A DNA stretch of 64,000 bases from Gammaproteobacteria bacterium (GCA_965206325.1 OZ242208.1:186603-250602), one strand, 5' to 3'. Shown: positions 10,751 to 20,033, numbered from the stretch's first letter. The notes: generated by a model not told the origin, from the letters alone. Program-made: numbers and translations.

Positions 10751-10988
10751 GACTTGCCTCCTTGCTTGTGCGAATGAACTCCCCCGCGCCGCTAAGCGCC
10801 GAGCAGACACAAACATCAGGAAACCTAACCCCGCTTATTTCCCGCGACAGGAATCCAATCCCGACGCTTTGATGGTTATTCTATTCAGCGAACCGCCCAC
10901 TCGACAAGCAGGCGCGCTCCCAGATATTTGTGCAACAGGAACTATACGACACTTTTTTCCGCCTGTCAACCCCCAAATGCAAATATTT

Positions 10989-11086
10989 TTTGCGCGGGAC
11001 TTTTCGCCTTTAATTCTTTTCCGACCCGCATTTTTTCCTCCCGCCCACATAAGATAAAATTTGCGCGGGACTTTTCGCCTTTAATT
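10989..11086. repeat. 27-bp perfect direct repeat (TTTGCGCGGGACTTTTCGCCTTTAATT) at 10989-11015 and 11060-11086 in a divergent promoter region
   Basis: Read directly from the sequence; period 71 bp. Confidence 0.9.
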
Positions 11087-11097
11087 TTCCGAAAAAA

Positions 11098-11922
11098 ATG
11101 CTGCGTTTGATTTATGTGACTGTGCGGAGCGTCGTCGCGCATTTTCAGGATGCCGTGATTCTGGGCGCGGCGCCGTCGATTTTTTTAGCGGCGTTTGTCT
11201 TTTGCTTTCTGCGATTGGACTGGCCGACGCTCGCGCTGTGGCTGACGGGGGCTTTGTTTATGCTGCCGCATACGATGTATTCGGTCGCCCTGCATCGGCG
11301 ATTCCTGCTCGTCCATCTGGATGAAAGCTACGCGCAAGCAATGGGATGGGACCGCCGCAAAACCGAATTTCTGGCGATGAGTAGTTTAAGTTTCGTCATC
11401 TTGGGATTTATCGCTTTCTTCTTTGCGGATTCGGCGGCGTCGCTGCTGGAATTTTCATGGACGATTGACGCCCCCAGTGCCGCCGCGAATTCGCCGGAGA
11501 TTTTTAATCCCTACCGCGAGCAGACGACGCTTCTGCTGTTTTTCGGCTCGCGCGCCATTGCGGCGATATTCGCCCTGCTCGCGCTTTTTGCATGGACGGC
11601 GTTTTTAAGATGCGCGATTAAACTGCCGGCGGTTTCCATCGGCTACCATTTGGACTACGGCGAAGCGCGGCTGCTCACTTCCGGACGCACCGCCGAATTG
11701 CTGTCGGCTAATTTAATTATCAACGGCGGACTGGTGACGGCGATGGGAATCGCCCACGAGCGAATCGCCCCGCAAATCATTCCATTCATCGGCGAGCCGA
11801 TGCTGTCGGCGGCGGCGGCGGCAATGGCGTATTGGATTCTAAGCGCATTCAATATCGCCCTGTGGTCGGCGATGTACGAAAGATACACCGCCGATTATTC
11901 GCCGCGCCCGGAAATTTTTTGA
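11098..11922 (+). CDS. Hypothetical multi-pass membrane protein
   Basis: 274-aa ORF with ~6 hydrophobic segments. Confidence 0.65.
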   Translation: MLRLIYVTVRSVVAHFQDAVILGAAPSIFLAAFVFCFLRLDWPTLALWLTGALFMLPHTMYSVALHRRFLLVHLDESYAQAMGWDRRKTEFLAMSSLSFVILGFIAFFFADSAASLLEFSWTIDAPSAAANSPEIFNPYREQTTLLLFFGSRAIAAIFALLALFAWTAFLRCAIKLPAVSIGYHLDYGEARLLTSGRTAELLSANLIINGGLVTAMGIAHERIAPQIIPFIGEPMLSAAAAAMAYWILSAFNIALWSAMYERYTADYSPRPEIF

Positions 11923-11938
11923 ATCGGCGAAGCGGCTT

Positions 11939-12376
11939 TCAGCGGTTAAGCACCGGCCAATTTTTTTCGGCGGCGGGCAGCAGGGAGTCCAAATCGCGCA
12001 GCCATCGGCCGCGAACCGGCTTGCTGTAATTGAGAAACAATTTGCCCTCGTGAATGTTCCACGCATAAGGGTCGGTGGAAGCCAATTGCCCCTGCGAAAC
12101 AGCGTAAGCGCAGTAGCCGCCGTAGCGCGGAAGATAACGCTCCGGCTCGGCCAGAAATAATTGGCGATTCGCCTCCGACACAAAGCGCCAAGTCGCGCCT
12201 TCGTGCTCAACCGTAAATTCGCGGCTGCCGGGGGTTGCGCGCTCATCGGTGAAATAAGCGACGACATCGTAGCCGCTCGCGCCGAGTCCGTCTTTGGTGT
12301 AAATTTTTTCCGCCGAAGCGAAAGACGCCAGCGACAGCAAAATCGCCGCCGCCAAAAATCGCGAGAATTTTTTCAT
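11939..12376 (-). CDS. Secreted YHS-domain protein
   Basis: Signal peptide; GYDVVAYF, GATWRF, YLPRYGGYCAYAVS, W.IHEGKLFLNYS; AAGGAG RBS. Confidence 0.85.
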   Translation of the reverse strand: MKKFSRFLAAAILLSLASFASAEKIYTKDGLGASGYDVVAYFTDERATPGSREFTVEHEGATWRFVSEANRQLFLAEPERYLPRYGGYCAYAVSQGQLASTDPYAWNIHEGKLFLNYSKPVRGRWLRDLDSLLPAAEKNWPVLNR

Positions 12377-12416
12377 CGTCGTTGTCTCCTTTTTTACAGA
12401 CGAAAAAAATTATACA

Positions 12417-13223
12417 TCAAAAGATAAATTTCAGCATCAGGCGCGAGGCGAATAAAAGAAGGATGACGCCGAAAATGCGGCGCAGAATTTTCGTCGGCAC
12501 GCGCGGCGTCATCATCGCGCCCAGCGGCGCAAAAATAATTCCGGCGACAGCGACTCCAAGAAACGACGGCAAATGCACATAGCCGAAAGTTTGCGGCATT
12601 TGCATCGCCGCATCATTCCATCCCGAAATCACATGGCCTATCGCCGCCGCCGAAGCCAGCGGAAAAGTCATAAAGGCGGAAGTGCCCATCGCCCGCACAA
12701 GGGCGACTCCATGCCGCGCCAAATAAGGCACAGCCAGCACGCCGCCGCCGATTCCGACCATCCCCGAAATCGCTCCGATTCCGGCGCCGACTGCGGTCAG
12801 CCGCCGCGAGGACGGAATCGACTCGGCGATTTCGCGCACGCGCATGCCGACGGTCATTCGGATTCCTTCCCAAAACAAAAATGTCGCGAGTCCCACCGCC
12901 AGCCAAACGCCGGGGACATATCGCGCCAGCAAAGCCGACAATGCGCCCGCCGTTGCGCCGGGGACAAGCCCGCGGGCAATTTTCCAATCCACCGCCCCCC
13001 GCTTGGCGTGCGTGAGAAAACTCGGCACGGAAACGACCGCAATCACCGCCATCGCCGTGCCGACGGCAAGATGCACCTGCGCGGATTCGTCCAATTGCAG
13101 CGCGCCGAAAATTAAAAAAATCAGCAGCGGCGTAATAATCGCCCCGCCGCCGATGCCGAGAAGTCCGCCGAAAAATCCCGCCCCGCCGCCGATAATTAAA
13201 TAATGATGAAGATGCTCAATCAC
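12417..13223 (-). CDS. TauE/SafE family sulfite exporter
   Basis: GGLLGIGGGAII.P, SGMVGIGGG, AMGTS, GYVHLP motifs. Confidence 0.9.
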   Translation of the reverse strand: MIEHLHHYLIIGGGAGFFGGLLGIGGGAIITPLLIFLIFGALQLDESAQVHLAVGTAMAVIAVVSVPSFLTHAKRGAVDWKIARGLVPGATAGALSALLARYVPGVWLAVGLATFLFWEGIRMTVGMRVREIAESIPSSRRLTAVGAGIGAISGMVGIGGGVLAVPYLARHGVALVRAMGTSAFMTFPLASAAAIGHVISGWNDAAMQMPQTFGYVHLPSFLGVAVAGIIFAPLGAMMTPRVPTKILRRIFGVILLLFASRLMLKFIF

Positions 13224-13693
13224 GCCAGCATTTTTTCAACGATGAATTGCCACTCGTCGGCGAAAACCGGCGTGATGGAAAGTCGGCTGCCCTTTCGCAG
13301 AAGATGCATCGCCGCTAATTTTTTTTCGGCGCGAATTTGCGAAAGCGGCAGAAATTTCGTCTTGCGGACAAATCGCACTTCCGCGCAAACCCAGCGGGTA
13401 TTTTCGGCGGTTGACGCCGAATCATAATAGCGGCTGGCGGGGTCAAATTGAGTCGGGTCGGCGACGGCTTGGGCGGACGACACTTCGGCGATGCCGGCGA
13501 TTCCGGGCGCAAGTCCGGCGGCGGACGCTTTGCCGGAATGATAAAACAGCGCGCCGTCGCTGCGATGCATTTGGTCGCGCATAAAATTGCGCGCTTGATA
13601 ATTGCGCACGCCGGTCCATAATTCTCGGCGGTCGCGGCGGAGGTCGTCAATGGAATAGTCGGACGGCTCCGATTTTATCAGCCAGTAGCGCAT
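13220..13693 (-). CDS. EVE domain protein
   Basis: YWLIKSEPS.YSIDDL, W.GVRNYQARNFMRD, FYHS, LLRKGSRLSI.PV. Confidence 0.95.
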   Translation of the reverse strand: MRYWLIKSEPSDYSIDDLRRDRRELWTGVRNYQARNFMRDQMHRSDGALFYHSGKASAAGLAPGIAGIAEVSSAQAVADPTQFDPASRYYDSASTAENTRWVCAEVRFVRKTKFLPLSQIRAEKKLAAMHLLRKGSRLSITPVFADEWQFIVEKMLA

Positions 13694-13716
13694 GGAATTA
13701 TCCGCAAAAAAGGCGC

Positions 13717-13875
13717 CCCGCGGGGGAGGCCGGATTGGCGTTGAACCGCTTTTCTAAGGCGGTCGCTTTCCCGACGCCGCAGGCGCTTCCGTCGAAGGAT
13801 GCACTCAATAGCGCCGATGTCGGCAACCTTAGCGATTTCTGTTGGTTCAACCCAGTCGTCGCCTCGCCCGCGGGA
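13717..13875 (-). ncRNA. ssrS: 6S RNA
   Basis: Canonical position after zapA. Ends pair (CCCGCGGGCGAGG with CCTCCCCGCGGG) and internal GGGTTGAACC pairs with GCGGTTCAA, giving a long rod of ~160 nt. Confidence 0.8.
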
Positions 13876-13876
13876 C

Positions 13877-14242
13877 TCACAGAGAAGAATCGCTCAGCGC
13901 TTCTTCCGCCCGCTTGCGCAGCACTTGGATTGTAGCGCGAATTTCGCTCGCTGTCATTTCGCCATCCGATGGATTCAGCATTCCGCGCCTTGCCGATTCA
14001 AACGCTAATTCCAGCGCGGCCATTATCGCCGCTCTTTCGCCGTCGGCGACGCGCTTGTCCTTGCGGATGGAGGCGATACGGCGCGTTACTTCCTTCGCCG
14101 CTTCCACCAGCGATTCGCGCTCCGATTCCGCGCAAGCGATGGAAAAAACCTGCGCGCCAACAGCGATTTTTACCGCGCCCGCCGGGGCGGCGGGAATCCT
14201 TCGGCGAGGCGTTGGCGGCGGCAATGCAGCGGGCAAATTCAC
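13877..14242 (-). CDS. zapA: Cell division protein ZapA
   Basis: V.IAVGAQVFSIAC..SERESL.EAA..V...I..IR, ERAAIMAALELA. Confidence 0.85.
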   Translation of the reverse strand: MNLPAALPPPTPRRRIPAAPAGAVKIAVGAQVFSIACAESERESLVEAAKEVTRRIASIRKDKRVADGERAAIMAALELAFESARRGMLNPSDGEMTASEIRATIQVLRKRAEEALSDSSL

Positions 14243-14457
14243 GGCGACGGCAATTGATTAAGCAGATGGGAAAGCCGCTCCCGCGCCTGATTGGCGGCGT
14301 TTCGCAGAGTTCTATTTTCGCTTTTGAGCGCGCGCAATTCGCGGACGAGCGAATCCTTCTCGCGCGCTTCATTGCGGCATTTATCGGCGAGGTCGCCGAT
14401 TTTTCCCGAAAGCGCCGCTAATTCGTCCCGCACCAGCATCGCCGCAATATAAGCCAA
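14239..14457 (-). CDS. Small coiled-coil protein preceding zapA (ZapB-like)
   Basis: Heptad pattern and conserved position; overlaps the zapA start. Confidence 0.65.
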   Translation of the reverse strand: MAYIAAMLVRDELAALSGKIGDLADKCRNEAREKDSLVRELRALKSENRTLRNAANQARERLSHLLNQLPSP

Positions 14458-14479
14458 AGTGCCGCCGTCCGCAAATTAA

Positions 14480-15409
14480 TTAAACGACCGCGCCGTCGGA
14501 TTCGCGTCGGGTGTCGACTTTTTCAAGGAAGTCGTCGCGCGTCAATCCGCATTTAAGGGCGATCGGCCCGGCAATCAGCACCGACGAATAAATGCTGGAA
14601 AAAATTCCAATCGTCAAAGCGAGGGCGAAAAAAAACAAAGCGTCGCCGCCGAAAAGAAGCATCGCCAAAACCGCCAACTGCGTGGAACCGTGCGTAATTA
14701 CCGTGCGCGACCAAGTTTGCGTGATGGATAAATCCAGAATGTCCGCCGCCGAATCGCCCTGCCGCCGCCCTCTGAAATTTTCGCGGGCGCGGTCAAAAAT
14801 CACCACCGATTCATTCACCGAATAGCCCAGAATCGCCAGCGTCGCCGCTAAAACCGGCAGATTAAATTCCCAGCCGAAAATGGAAAACAAGCCTAAAATA
14901 AAAACGACATCGTGAAAATTAGCGACAATCGCCCCGATGGCCATTCGCCATTTGAAGCGCACCGACAAATAAATCATAATGCCCAAGCAGACAAAAAACA
15001 GCGCGAGAATTCCGGCGTAAAGCAATTCTTCGCCGACCTGCGGGCCGACGAATTCCACTCTTCGCAGGGCGACTTCGGAATCTAATTCACGCAGGGCGAC
15101 GAGCATTTTTTCGCTGAGATCCGCCCCGCCGCCGGGAGGGGCTTTGATGATGACTTCGCCGCCGCCGGTCTGCTGAATGGGCGCGTCGGCAAGTCCGAGT
15201 GACGCCGCTTTCGCGCGCACTTGGGCAATTTTCGGGGGGACGGAAAATTCCACTTCCATCACTGTGCCGCCGGTAAAATCCACTCCCAAATTGAGTCCGC
15301 GCCACGCGAGCGAAATTAAGCACGCCGTCAGAAAAATCGCCGATGCCGCACCGGTCATCCGCCGATAACGCATCAGCGGAATCGTTTTTTTAAGATTGAA
15401 AAAACGCAT
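14480..15409 (-). CDS. secF: Protein translocase subunit SecF
   Basis: LNLGVDFTGGT, VEFVGPQVG.EL, GYSVNESVVIFDR.RE, TWSRTVIT. Confidence 0.97.
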   Translation of the reverse strand: MRFFNLKKTIPLMRYRRMTGAASAIFLTACLISLAWRGLNLGVDFTGGTVMEVEFSVPPKIAQVRAKAASLGLADAPIQQTGGGEVIIKAPPGGGADLSEKMLVALRELDSEVALRRVEFVGPQVGEELLYAGILALFFVCLGIMIYLSVRFKWRMAIGAIVANFHDVVFILGLFSIFGWEFNLPVLAATLAILGYSVNESVVIFDRARENFRGRRQGDSAADILDLSITQTWSRTVITHGSTQLAVLAMLLFGGDALFFFALALTIGIFSSIYSSVLIAGPIALKCGLTRDDFLEKVDTRRESDGAVV

Positions 15410-15435
15410 GATTTGTCAGGCAAGGATGAAAGCAA

Positions 15436-16089
15436 TTATTCCGGCAGCCGCTCGGCTATCCATCGGCTGATGTATTTTACGCGCACCGATAAATCGTCGC
15501 CGGATTGCCAGCCCTTCTTTTCGCATTCTTTGGCGAAAGGCGCGTGAAATTTCAGAAACGCCTTTTTGACTTCGGCCGGAGTCGGCAAATCGTGCGGGCA
15601 GCATTTCGTCAGCCACACCGCGACTTTGCGGGCAATTTCGCCGCCGTCGCCGTCGTGCCGCTCAATGTCCCGCCCAGCCAAATCGGAGAATCGCTCGGCG
15701 ATGAATTGGCGGTCGTCCGCAAAAATCAAGCACGAGTCGCCGTGTCCCAATCCCAAGCAGACGCCCAATTCAAACGCCATATTGTAGCGGGCTTTCGCCC
15801 CGCCGACCGGAGTAATGTCATGAACGCTGTAGCGGCATTCCGACCGCGCCTGCTGAATAATAAAATCCAGCCGCGATTCCCCGCTGCCCTTGCGATGCGG
15901 CGCAATAATCGGCTTCATTCGGCAGTAGCGGAGCGCAAAAATAATGGCATCAAACGCCCTCCGCCGCCGCGCAGAAAATGGCGCGTTGACAAAAACAGAA
16001 GCACCGATGACAATCCGCAGCGAATTAGAAGAGGCGGATGAGATTCGGCCCTTCAACTTCATACATAATCCTGACGAATTCCTCTTCAC
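15436..16089 (-). CDS. TIR-like / nucleoside 2-deoxyribosyltransferase-fold protein (start uncertain)
   Basis: SVFVNAPF, RLDFI...YSVHDIT, RYNMAFELGVCLGLG, FSDLAGRDI pattern. Confidence 0.6.
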   Translation of the reverse strand: MKRNSSGLCMKLKGRISSASSNSLRIVIGASVFVNAPFSARRRRAFDAIIFALRYCRMKPIIAPHRKGSGESRLDFIIQQARSECRYSVHDITPVGGAKARYNMAFELGVCLGLGHGDSCLIFADDRQFIAERFSDLAGRDIERHDGDGGEIARKVAVWLTKCCPHDLPTPAEVKKAFLKFHAPFAKECEKKGWQSGDDLSVRVKYISRWIAERLPE

Positions 16090-16240
16090 CCGGCGCCGGA
16101 TCCGCCTTTACCTCCGCCTTAAACTGCGCGATGCGTTCCGGCGTCCAGAATTCCTTTGCGGACACCAAACGCGCCAGCGTCTTCCGCTTGGCAAGCGGAA
16201 GAGGTTTGCCGCTGCGCTTTGAATTTGATTTCGTTTTCAC
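16025..16240 (-). CDS. Small basic hypothetical protein (71 aa) upstream of the TIR-like gene
   Basis: ORF lies downstream of extended -10 TGCTATAAT (16276-16268) and overlaps the next ORF. Confidence 0.45.
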   Translation of the reverse strand: MKTKSNSKRSGKPLPLAKRKTLARLVSAKEFWTPERIAQFKAEVKADPAPGEEEFVRIMYEVEGPNLIRLF

Positions 16241-16329
16241 CGGATTCGCTTTTTTTCATTCGGCGAAATTATAGCACGGCGGCAACATTCGCGGATAAAT
16301 TTTGAGATTGAAAAAACGCATCGCCGCTG

Positions 16330-16905
16330 TTATCCGTTAAGAAATTCGGCGCAATTGATTTGTCCGGCCGGTGCGGCGGCTTCGCCAGTGGCAAAAACGA
16401 CAATTGGCGGAGACGATTCAACGGCGGCTTGGCACAAAGAAAACAAATGCGCTTCATCGTCGGGCGCAATCATAATTAATAAAACACTCGGCGTTGCGCC
16501 TGTTTCATTGGCGTAACCGCGCGCTTGCTCCACGGCTTCTCTCCATTTTGGGGCGAAGTCCGCCTCAATCGCGTGACCGACAGTCAAGCAATCGACGCGA
16601 GTCCCATTATTAAGACGGGCTTCAATGCGTCCGCCCCGCGATGCGCAAAAACGCGCCGCATAATCGGCTTCGCTGCGTTTTCTGCTTTTGAATTCGCGCA
16701 CCTTATCCGCGTTGCAGTAGGCGAGATTCGCCTTTTGCGGCGGGTTGCCGATTTCGGCGTGACAGTGGCATTCATTCGCCTCGCGGTCGCGGTGACATTT
16801 AACAGCGTTTGTGCTGCCACTGTGCGCAAAAGAATCCGCCGCCATCGCCGAAAAAACCAGCAAGACGACGCCTATTCCAAAAATTTTCGCCGTCATTTTC
16901 ATCAT
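16330..16905 (-). CDS. Secreted YHYH-motif plus restriction-endonuclease-like (PD-(D/E)xK) protein
   Basis: Signal peptide, HSGSTNAVKCHRDREANECHCH, then SEADY...RVDCLT..HAIEADF..KW.EAVEQARGY. Confidence 0.65.
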   Translation of the reverse strand: MMKMTAKIFGIGVVLLVFSAMAADSFAHSGSTNAVKCHRDREANECHCHAEIGNPPQKANLAYCNADKVREFKSRKRSEADYAARFCASRGGRIEARLNNGTRVDCLTVGHAIEADFAPKWREAVEQARGYANETGATPSVLLIMIAPDDEAHLFSLCQAAVESSPPIVVFATGEAAAPAGQINCAEFLNG

Positions 16906-16915
16906 CGTAATTTTA

Positions 16916-18730
16916 TCATCCAATTGAAATCGTCGACGGGCGGACGCGGCGGCGGAAATAAATTAAATCCACCAATCCGCGCGACACGGTTATCGCCGAA
17001 AACATAGAAGTTAAAAGTCCCAAGCAAAGCACAACGGCGAATCCCCGCACCGGCCCGGAGCCGAAAGCAAACAGGGCGAGTCCGGCAATGAGGGTTGTGA
17101 CATTCGCGTCCAAGATAGTGGCGAAGGCGCGGGCGTAGCCGGCGTCAATGGCCAGCAGCGGCGTGCGCCCCGATTTTAATTCTTCGCGCACCCGCTCGTT
17201 GATGAGGACATTGGCGTCAATCGCCATTCCCAAAGTAAGGGCGAATCCGGCGAGTCCGGGCAGCGTCAGAGTCGCCCGCAAAGCGGCGAGCATCGCCGTC
17301 AGGCAGATTAAATTCGCCAGCAAAGAGGCGACCGAAACGCCTCCGAAAACCGCATAATAAATTGCGATGAAAAAAGCGACAGCGATGAATCCGCCCGTCA
17401 CCGAATTAAGTCCCCGCCGAATATTATCCGCGCCGAGCGAAGGGCCGACGGTGCGCTCTTCAATAATTTCCAGCGGAGCGGCGAGCGAGCCGGCGCGCAA
17501 AAGCAGCGAGAGTTCATTCGCTTCTGCGCTTGTCATGCTGCCGTGAATAATAAAATTGGCGTGCAATTCTTCGCGGATGACCGGCGCGCTGATAATTTCC
17601 GAAAAGTCTTTTTCTATCAGCAGAATCGCCAATTGCTCGCCGACCCGATTGCGGGTGTAGCGTTTAATGTCGTTGGCGCCGGCGGCGTTCAGCGAAAGAT
17701 GCACGGCGGGATTGCCTTCGTTGTCAAAGCCCGGGCGGGCGTCGGTGATGTACTCGCCTGTGACCACAATTTTGCGCTCCAGCAGAAGCGGCTCGCCGTC
17801 GCGCGATTCAAATAATTCGGCGTTGGCGGGCGGACGCTTGCGGGCGGCGGCGATGGCGGCTGAACTGCGGCTGGCGCGCTCGTCGACTCCCCGCAATTCC
17901 AAAGCGGCGGTGCGGCCTAAAATTGCTTTCGCGCGGGCGGTGTCCTGCACGCCGGGCAATTGGGCGACAATTCGGTCTTTGCCTTGCCGGGCGATAACCG
18001 GCTCGGCGACGCCCAATTCATCCACCCGATTCCGCAGCGTTTCCAAATTTTGATTCAACGCTAATTCGGCGAGTTCGTCGCGCGCTTCTTCGGTAATTTC
18101 CAAAAGCAGAATCGGCGAATCAACTTCGCTTTCCAGCGGCTGCAAATCGGCGGCGAATTCAGCGAGGGATTCAATCGCCTTCGCCTTTGACGACGAATCT
18201 CGCAGCGTTATCGCCAGCCGTTTTCGCTCCCGCTTGACCGAGCGATACCGCACTTTGTCGGCGCGCAATTTTTCGCGGACGGCGGCGGCGAGTCCGTCCA
18301 AATATTTTTGCTCGGCGAAATCCACATCCACCTGCAGCAGAAAATGCACCCCGCCGCGCAAATCCAAGCCCAGAGCAATCGGCGAAGCGCCGGCGATTTC
18401 CAGCCATTGCGGCGCAGTGGTGGCGGTGTTGAGAGCGGCGACATAGCCGCGTCCGAGCCCGTTTTCAATGGCGCGCCGTCCGGCAATCTGCGACTCGCCG
18501 TCGGCGAATCGCGCCTGCACGATGCCGTCTTTTAATTCAACCGACGCCGAAATTTCCGCCTGCGAAAGCGCTTTGGCAACAGCGGCGACCGTCGCCGAAT
18601 CCACTTCGCGCCCGGCGCCCCGCACCTGCACAACGGGCGAATCCGGATAGACGCTCGGCAGCGCGTAAAACCCGGCGGTCAAAAGCGCCAGTGCAACCAG
18701 CGCATGCTTCCACAGCGGACGGCGATTCAT
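16916..18730 (-). CDS. secD: Protein translocase subunit SecD
   Basis: LGLDLRGGVHFLLQVD, LRNRVDELGVAEP, TVGPSLG, AIDANVLINERVREE. Confidence 0.97.
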   Translation of the reverse strand: MNRRPLWKHALVALALLTAGFYALPSVYPDSPVVQVRGAGREVDSATVAAVAKALSQAEISASVELKDGIVQARFADGESQIAGRRAIENGLGRGYVAALNTATTAPQWLEIAGASPIALGLDLRGGVHFLLQVDVDFAEQKYLDGLAAAVREKLRADKVRYRSVKRERKRLAITLRDSSSKAKAIESLAEFAADLQPLESEVDSPILLLEITEEARDELAELALNQNLETLRNRVDELGVAEPVIARQGKDRIVAQLPGVQDTARAKAILGRTAALELRGVDERASRSSAAIAAARKRPPANAELFESRDGEPLLLERKIVVTGEYITDARPGFDNEGNPAVHLSLNAAGANDIKRYTRNRVGEQLAILLIEKDFSEIISAPVIREELHANFIIHGSMTSAEANELSLLLRAGSLAAPLEIIEERTVGPSLGADNIRRGLNSVTGGFIAVAFFIAIYYAVFGGVSVASLLANLICLTAMLAALRATLTLPGLAGFALTLGMAIDANVLINERVREELKSGRTPLLAIDAGYARAFATILDANVTTLIAGLALFAFGSGPVRGFAVVLCLGLLTSMFSAITVSRGLVDLIYFRRRVRPSTISIG

Positions 18731-18748
18731 CGGGCGGCGCGCCCGCGC

Positions 18749-19135
18749 TTAGAGATTCTTAATCGTGCCGCGCGGCAGCAGCGTTTGAATCGCCTGCTTC
18801 TGAAAGCGCATGCGCTGATTTTCGCCGACTTCCAGCACGACATAATTTTCGGTGATTTTATCCACTCGCCCAATAACGCCGCCGACGGTCACCACTTCGT
18901 CGTCGGTCGCCAGCGCGGAAAGCATTTCGCGATGCTGCTTGGCGCGCTTCTGCTGCGGGCGAATCAAAATAAAATAAAACGCCGCCACAATCAAAACGAG
19001 CATGATGATATTAACGGCCAGTCCGCCGCCGGAATCGGATTCTTGCGCGCGCGCCAGCGGCGTCCACAGCGCGCCTAAGGCGAAGACAAACGCCCGGACG
19101 GAAAAAGACGGGATGGGAAAAAGTGAAAGTCGCAT
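18749..19135 (-). CDS. yajC: Preprotein translocase subunit YajC
   Basis: FYFILIRPQQKRAKQH.EML..L...DEVVT.GG..G. Confidence 0.95.
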   Translation of the reverse strand: MRLSLFPIPSFSVRAFVFALGALWTPLARAQESDSGGGLAVNIIMLVLIVAAFYFILIRPQQKRAKQHREMLSALATDDEVVTVGGVIGRVDKITENYVVLEVGENQRMRFQKQAIQTLLPRGTIKNL

Positions 19136-19190
19136 CGTAATCGGCAAATTAAAATCGGACGCGCATTTTACCACATCGCCGAAAATTATC

Positions 19191-20033
19191 CTACGCTTTT
19201 ACATCAATCGCCGTTATTTGCGGGCGGCAGTAAAATCGCACGCCGCGCAAATTGCCTAAGCCGCGATTGACATAAAGCCGCCGTCCATTCCAGCGATGCA
19301 GCCCTTCCAAAAATCTGCGGTCGCGCACCGAGCCGAAAGGCGTCCCTAAAATCGGCAGCCGCACTTGTCCGCCGTGCGTGTGGCCGGCCAGAAGCAAATC
19401 CCAATCGTAAGATACTATCCTGTCCTTCAAATCGGGATTGTGTCCCAGCACGATTCGCGGCGTTTTTTCGTCCTGCGAAAAATCAAAGGCGCGCTCTAAA
19501 TTAAGCGGCTGCGACCATAAATCGCCGATTCCAATCAGCCGCACATTCGCATCGCCGACCGCAATCATCTGCGATTCGTCCGACAAAATTACCGCCCCCG
19601 ATTCGCCCAGAATGTCGGCGACGGCATCGGGAGTCGCGTAGCCGCCGTGCCGTCCGGCCCATCGTCCGCCGTCGTGATTGCCGAGACAGGCGAAAGTCGG
19701 AGCAGCGTCGGCGAGCGTTGACAGGGCGGTGCGATAAGCGATGCGGTCGTGAATGCGGCGGGTGATGAAGTCGCCGGTCAGGCAGATGATGTCCGGTTTT
19801 AGTGCGAGTGCAGAGGCGAATCCTTCCTCAATAAAATCCATCGGCACCTGCGGCGATTCGTGAATGTCGGAAATGTGGACGATTCGCCCCGTCGCTTGGC
19901 CGCCGAAGTCAATAATTTCATGGCTGATATCCAGCCATTGCGGCTCCACGAATCGGGCGTAGCCGGCGATTCCGGCCAGCGTCGCCGCGCTTCCGCCGAC
20001 GGCTTTTAGAAATTGTCGGCGGGTGATTTTCAT
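19191..20033 (-). CDS. Tat-exported metallophosphoesterase (YaeI-like)
   Basis: RRQFL Tat motif; HISDIH, LTGDF, LGNHD, LGHNP, AGHTHGGQ. Confidence 0.9.
   Translation of the reverse strand: MKITRRQFLKAVGGSAATLAGIAGYARFVEPQWLDISHEIIDFGGQATGRIVHISDIHESPQVPMDFIEEGFASALALKPDIICLTGDFITRRIHDRIAYRTALSTLADAAPTFACLGNHDGGRWAGRHGGYATPDAVADILGESGAVILSDESQMIAVGDANVRLIGIGDLWSQPLNLERAFDFSQDEKTPRIVLGHNPDLKDRIVSYDWDLLLAGHTHGGQVRLPILGTPFGSVRDRRFLEGLHRWNGRRLYVNRGLGNLRGVRFYCRPQITAIDVKA

Larger units (their letters stand above)
15388..16321. mobile_element. Mini-cassette bounded by a 22-bp direct repeat of the secF 5' end (15388-15409 and 16300-16321); no recombinase inside
   Basis: TTTT(A/G)AGATTGAAAAAACGCAT at both sites, 1 mismatch. 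Confidence 0.6.

Noticed and set aside
10820-10900. c-di-GMP-I riboswitch-like words (CAAAGC..., AGCGGGGTTA) in the adhesin 2 leader
   Set aside because: No GAAA-tetraloop P2 stem and the P3 base does not pair; an Rfam/Infernal scan would be needed to revive it
9593-11057. Ala-rich and Pro-rich antisense ORFs over adhesin 2
   Set aside because: Same repeat artefact
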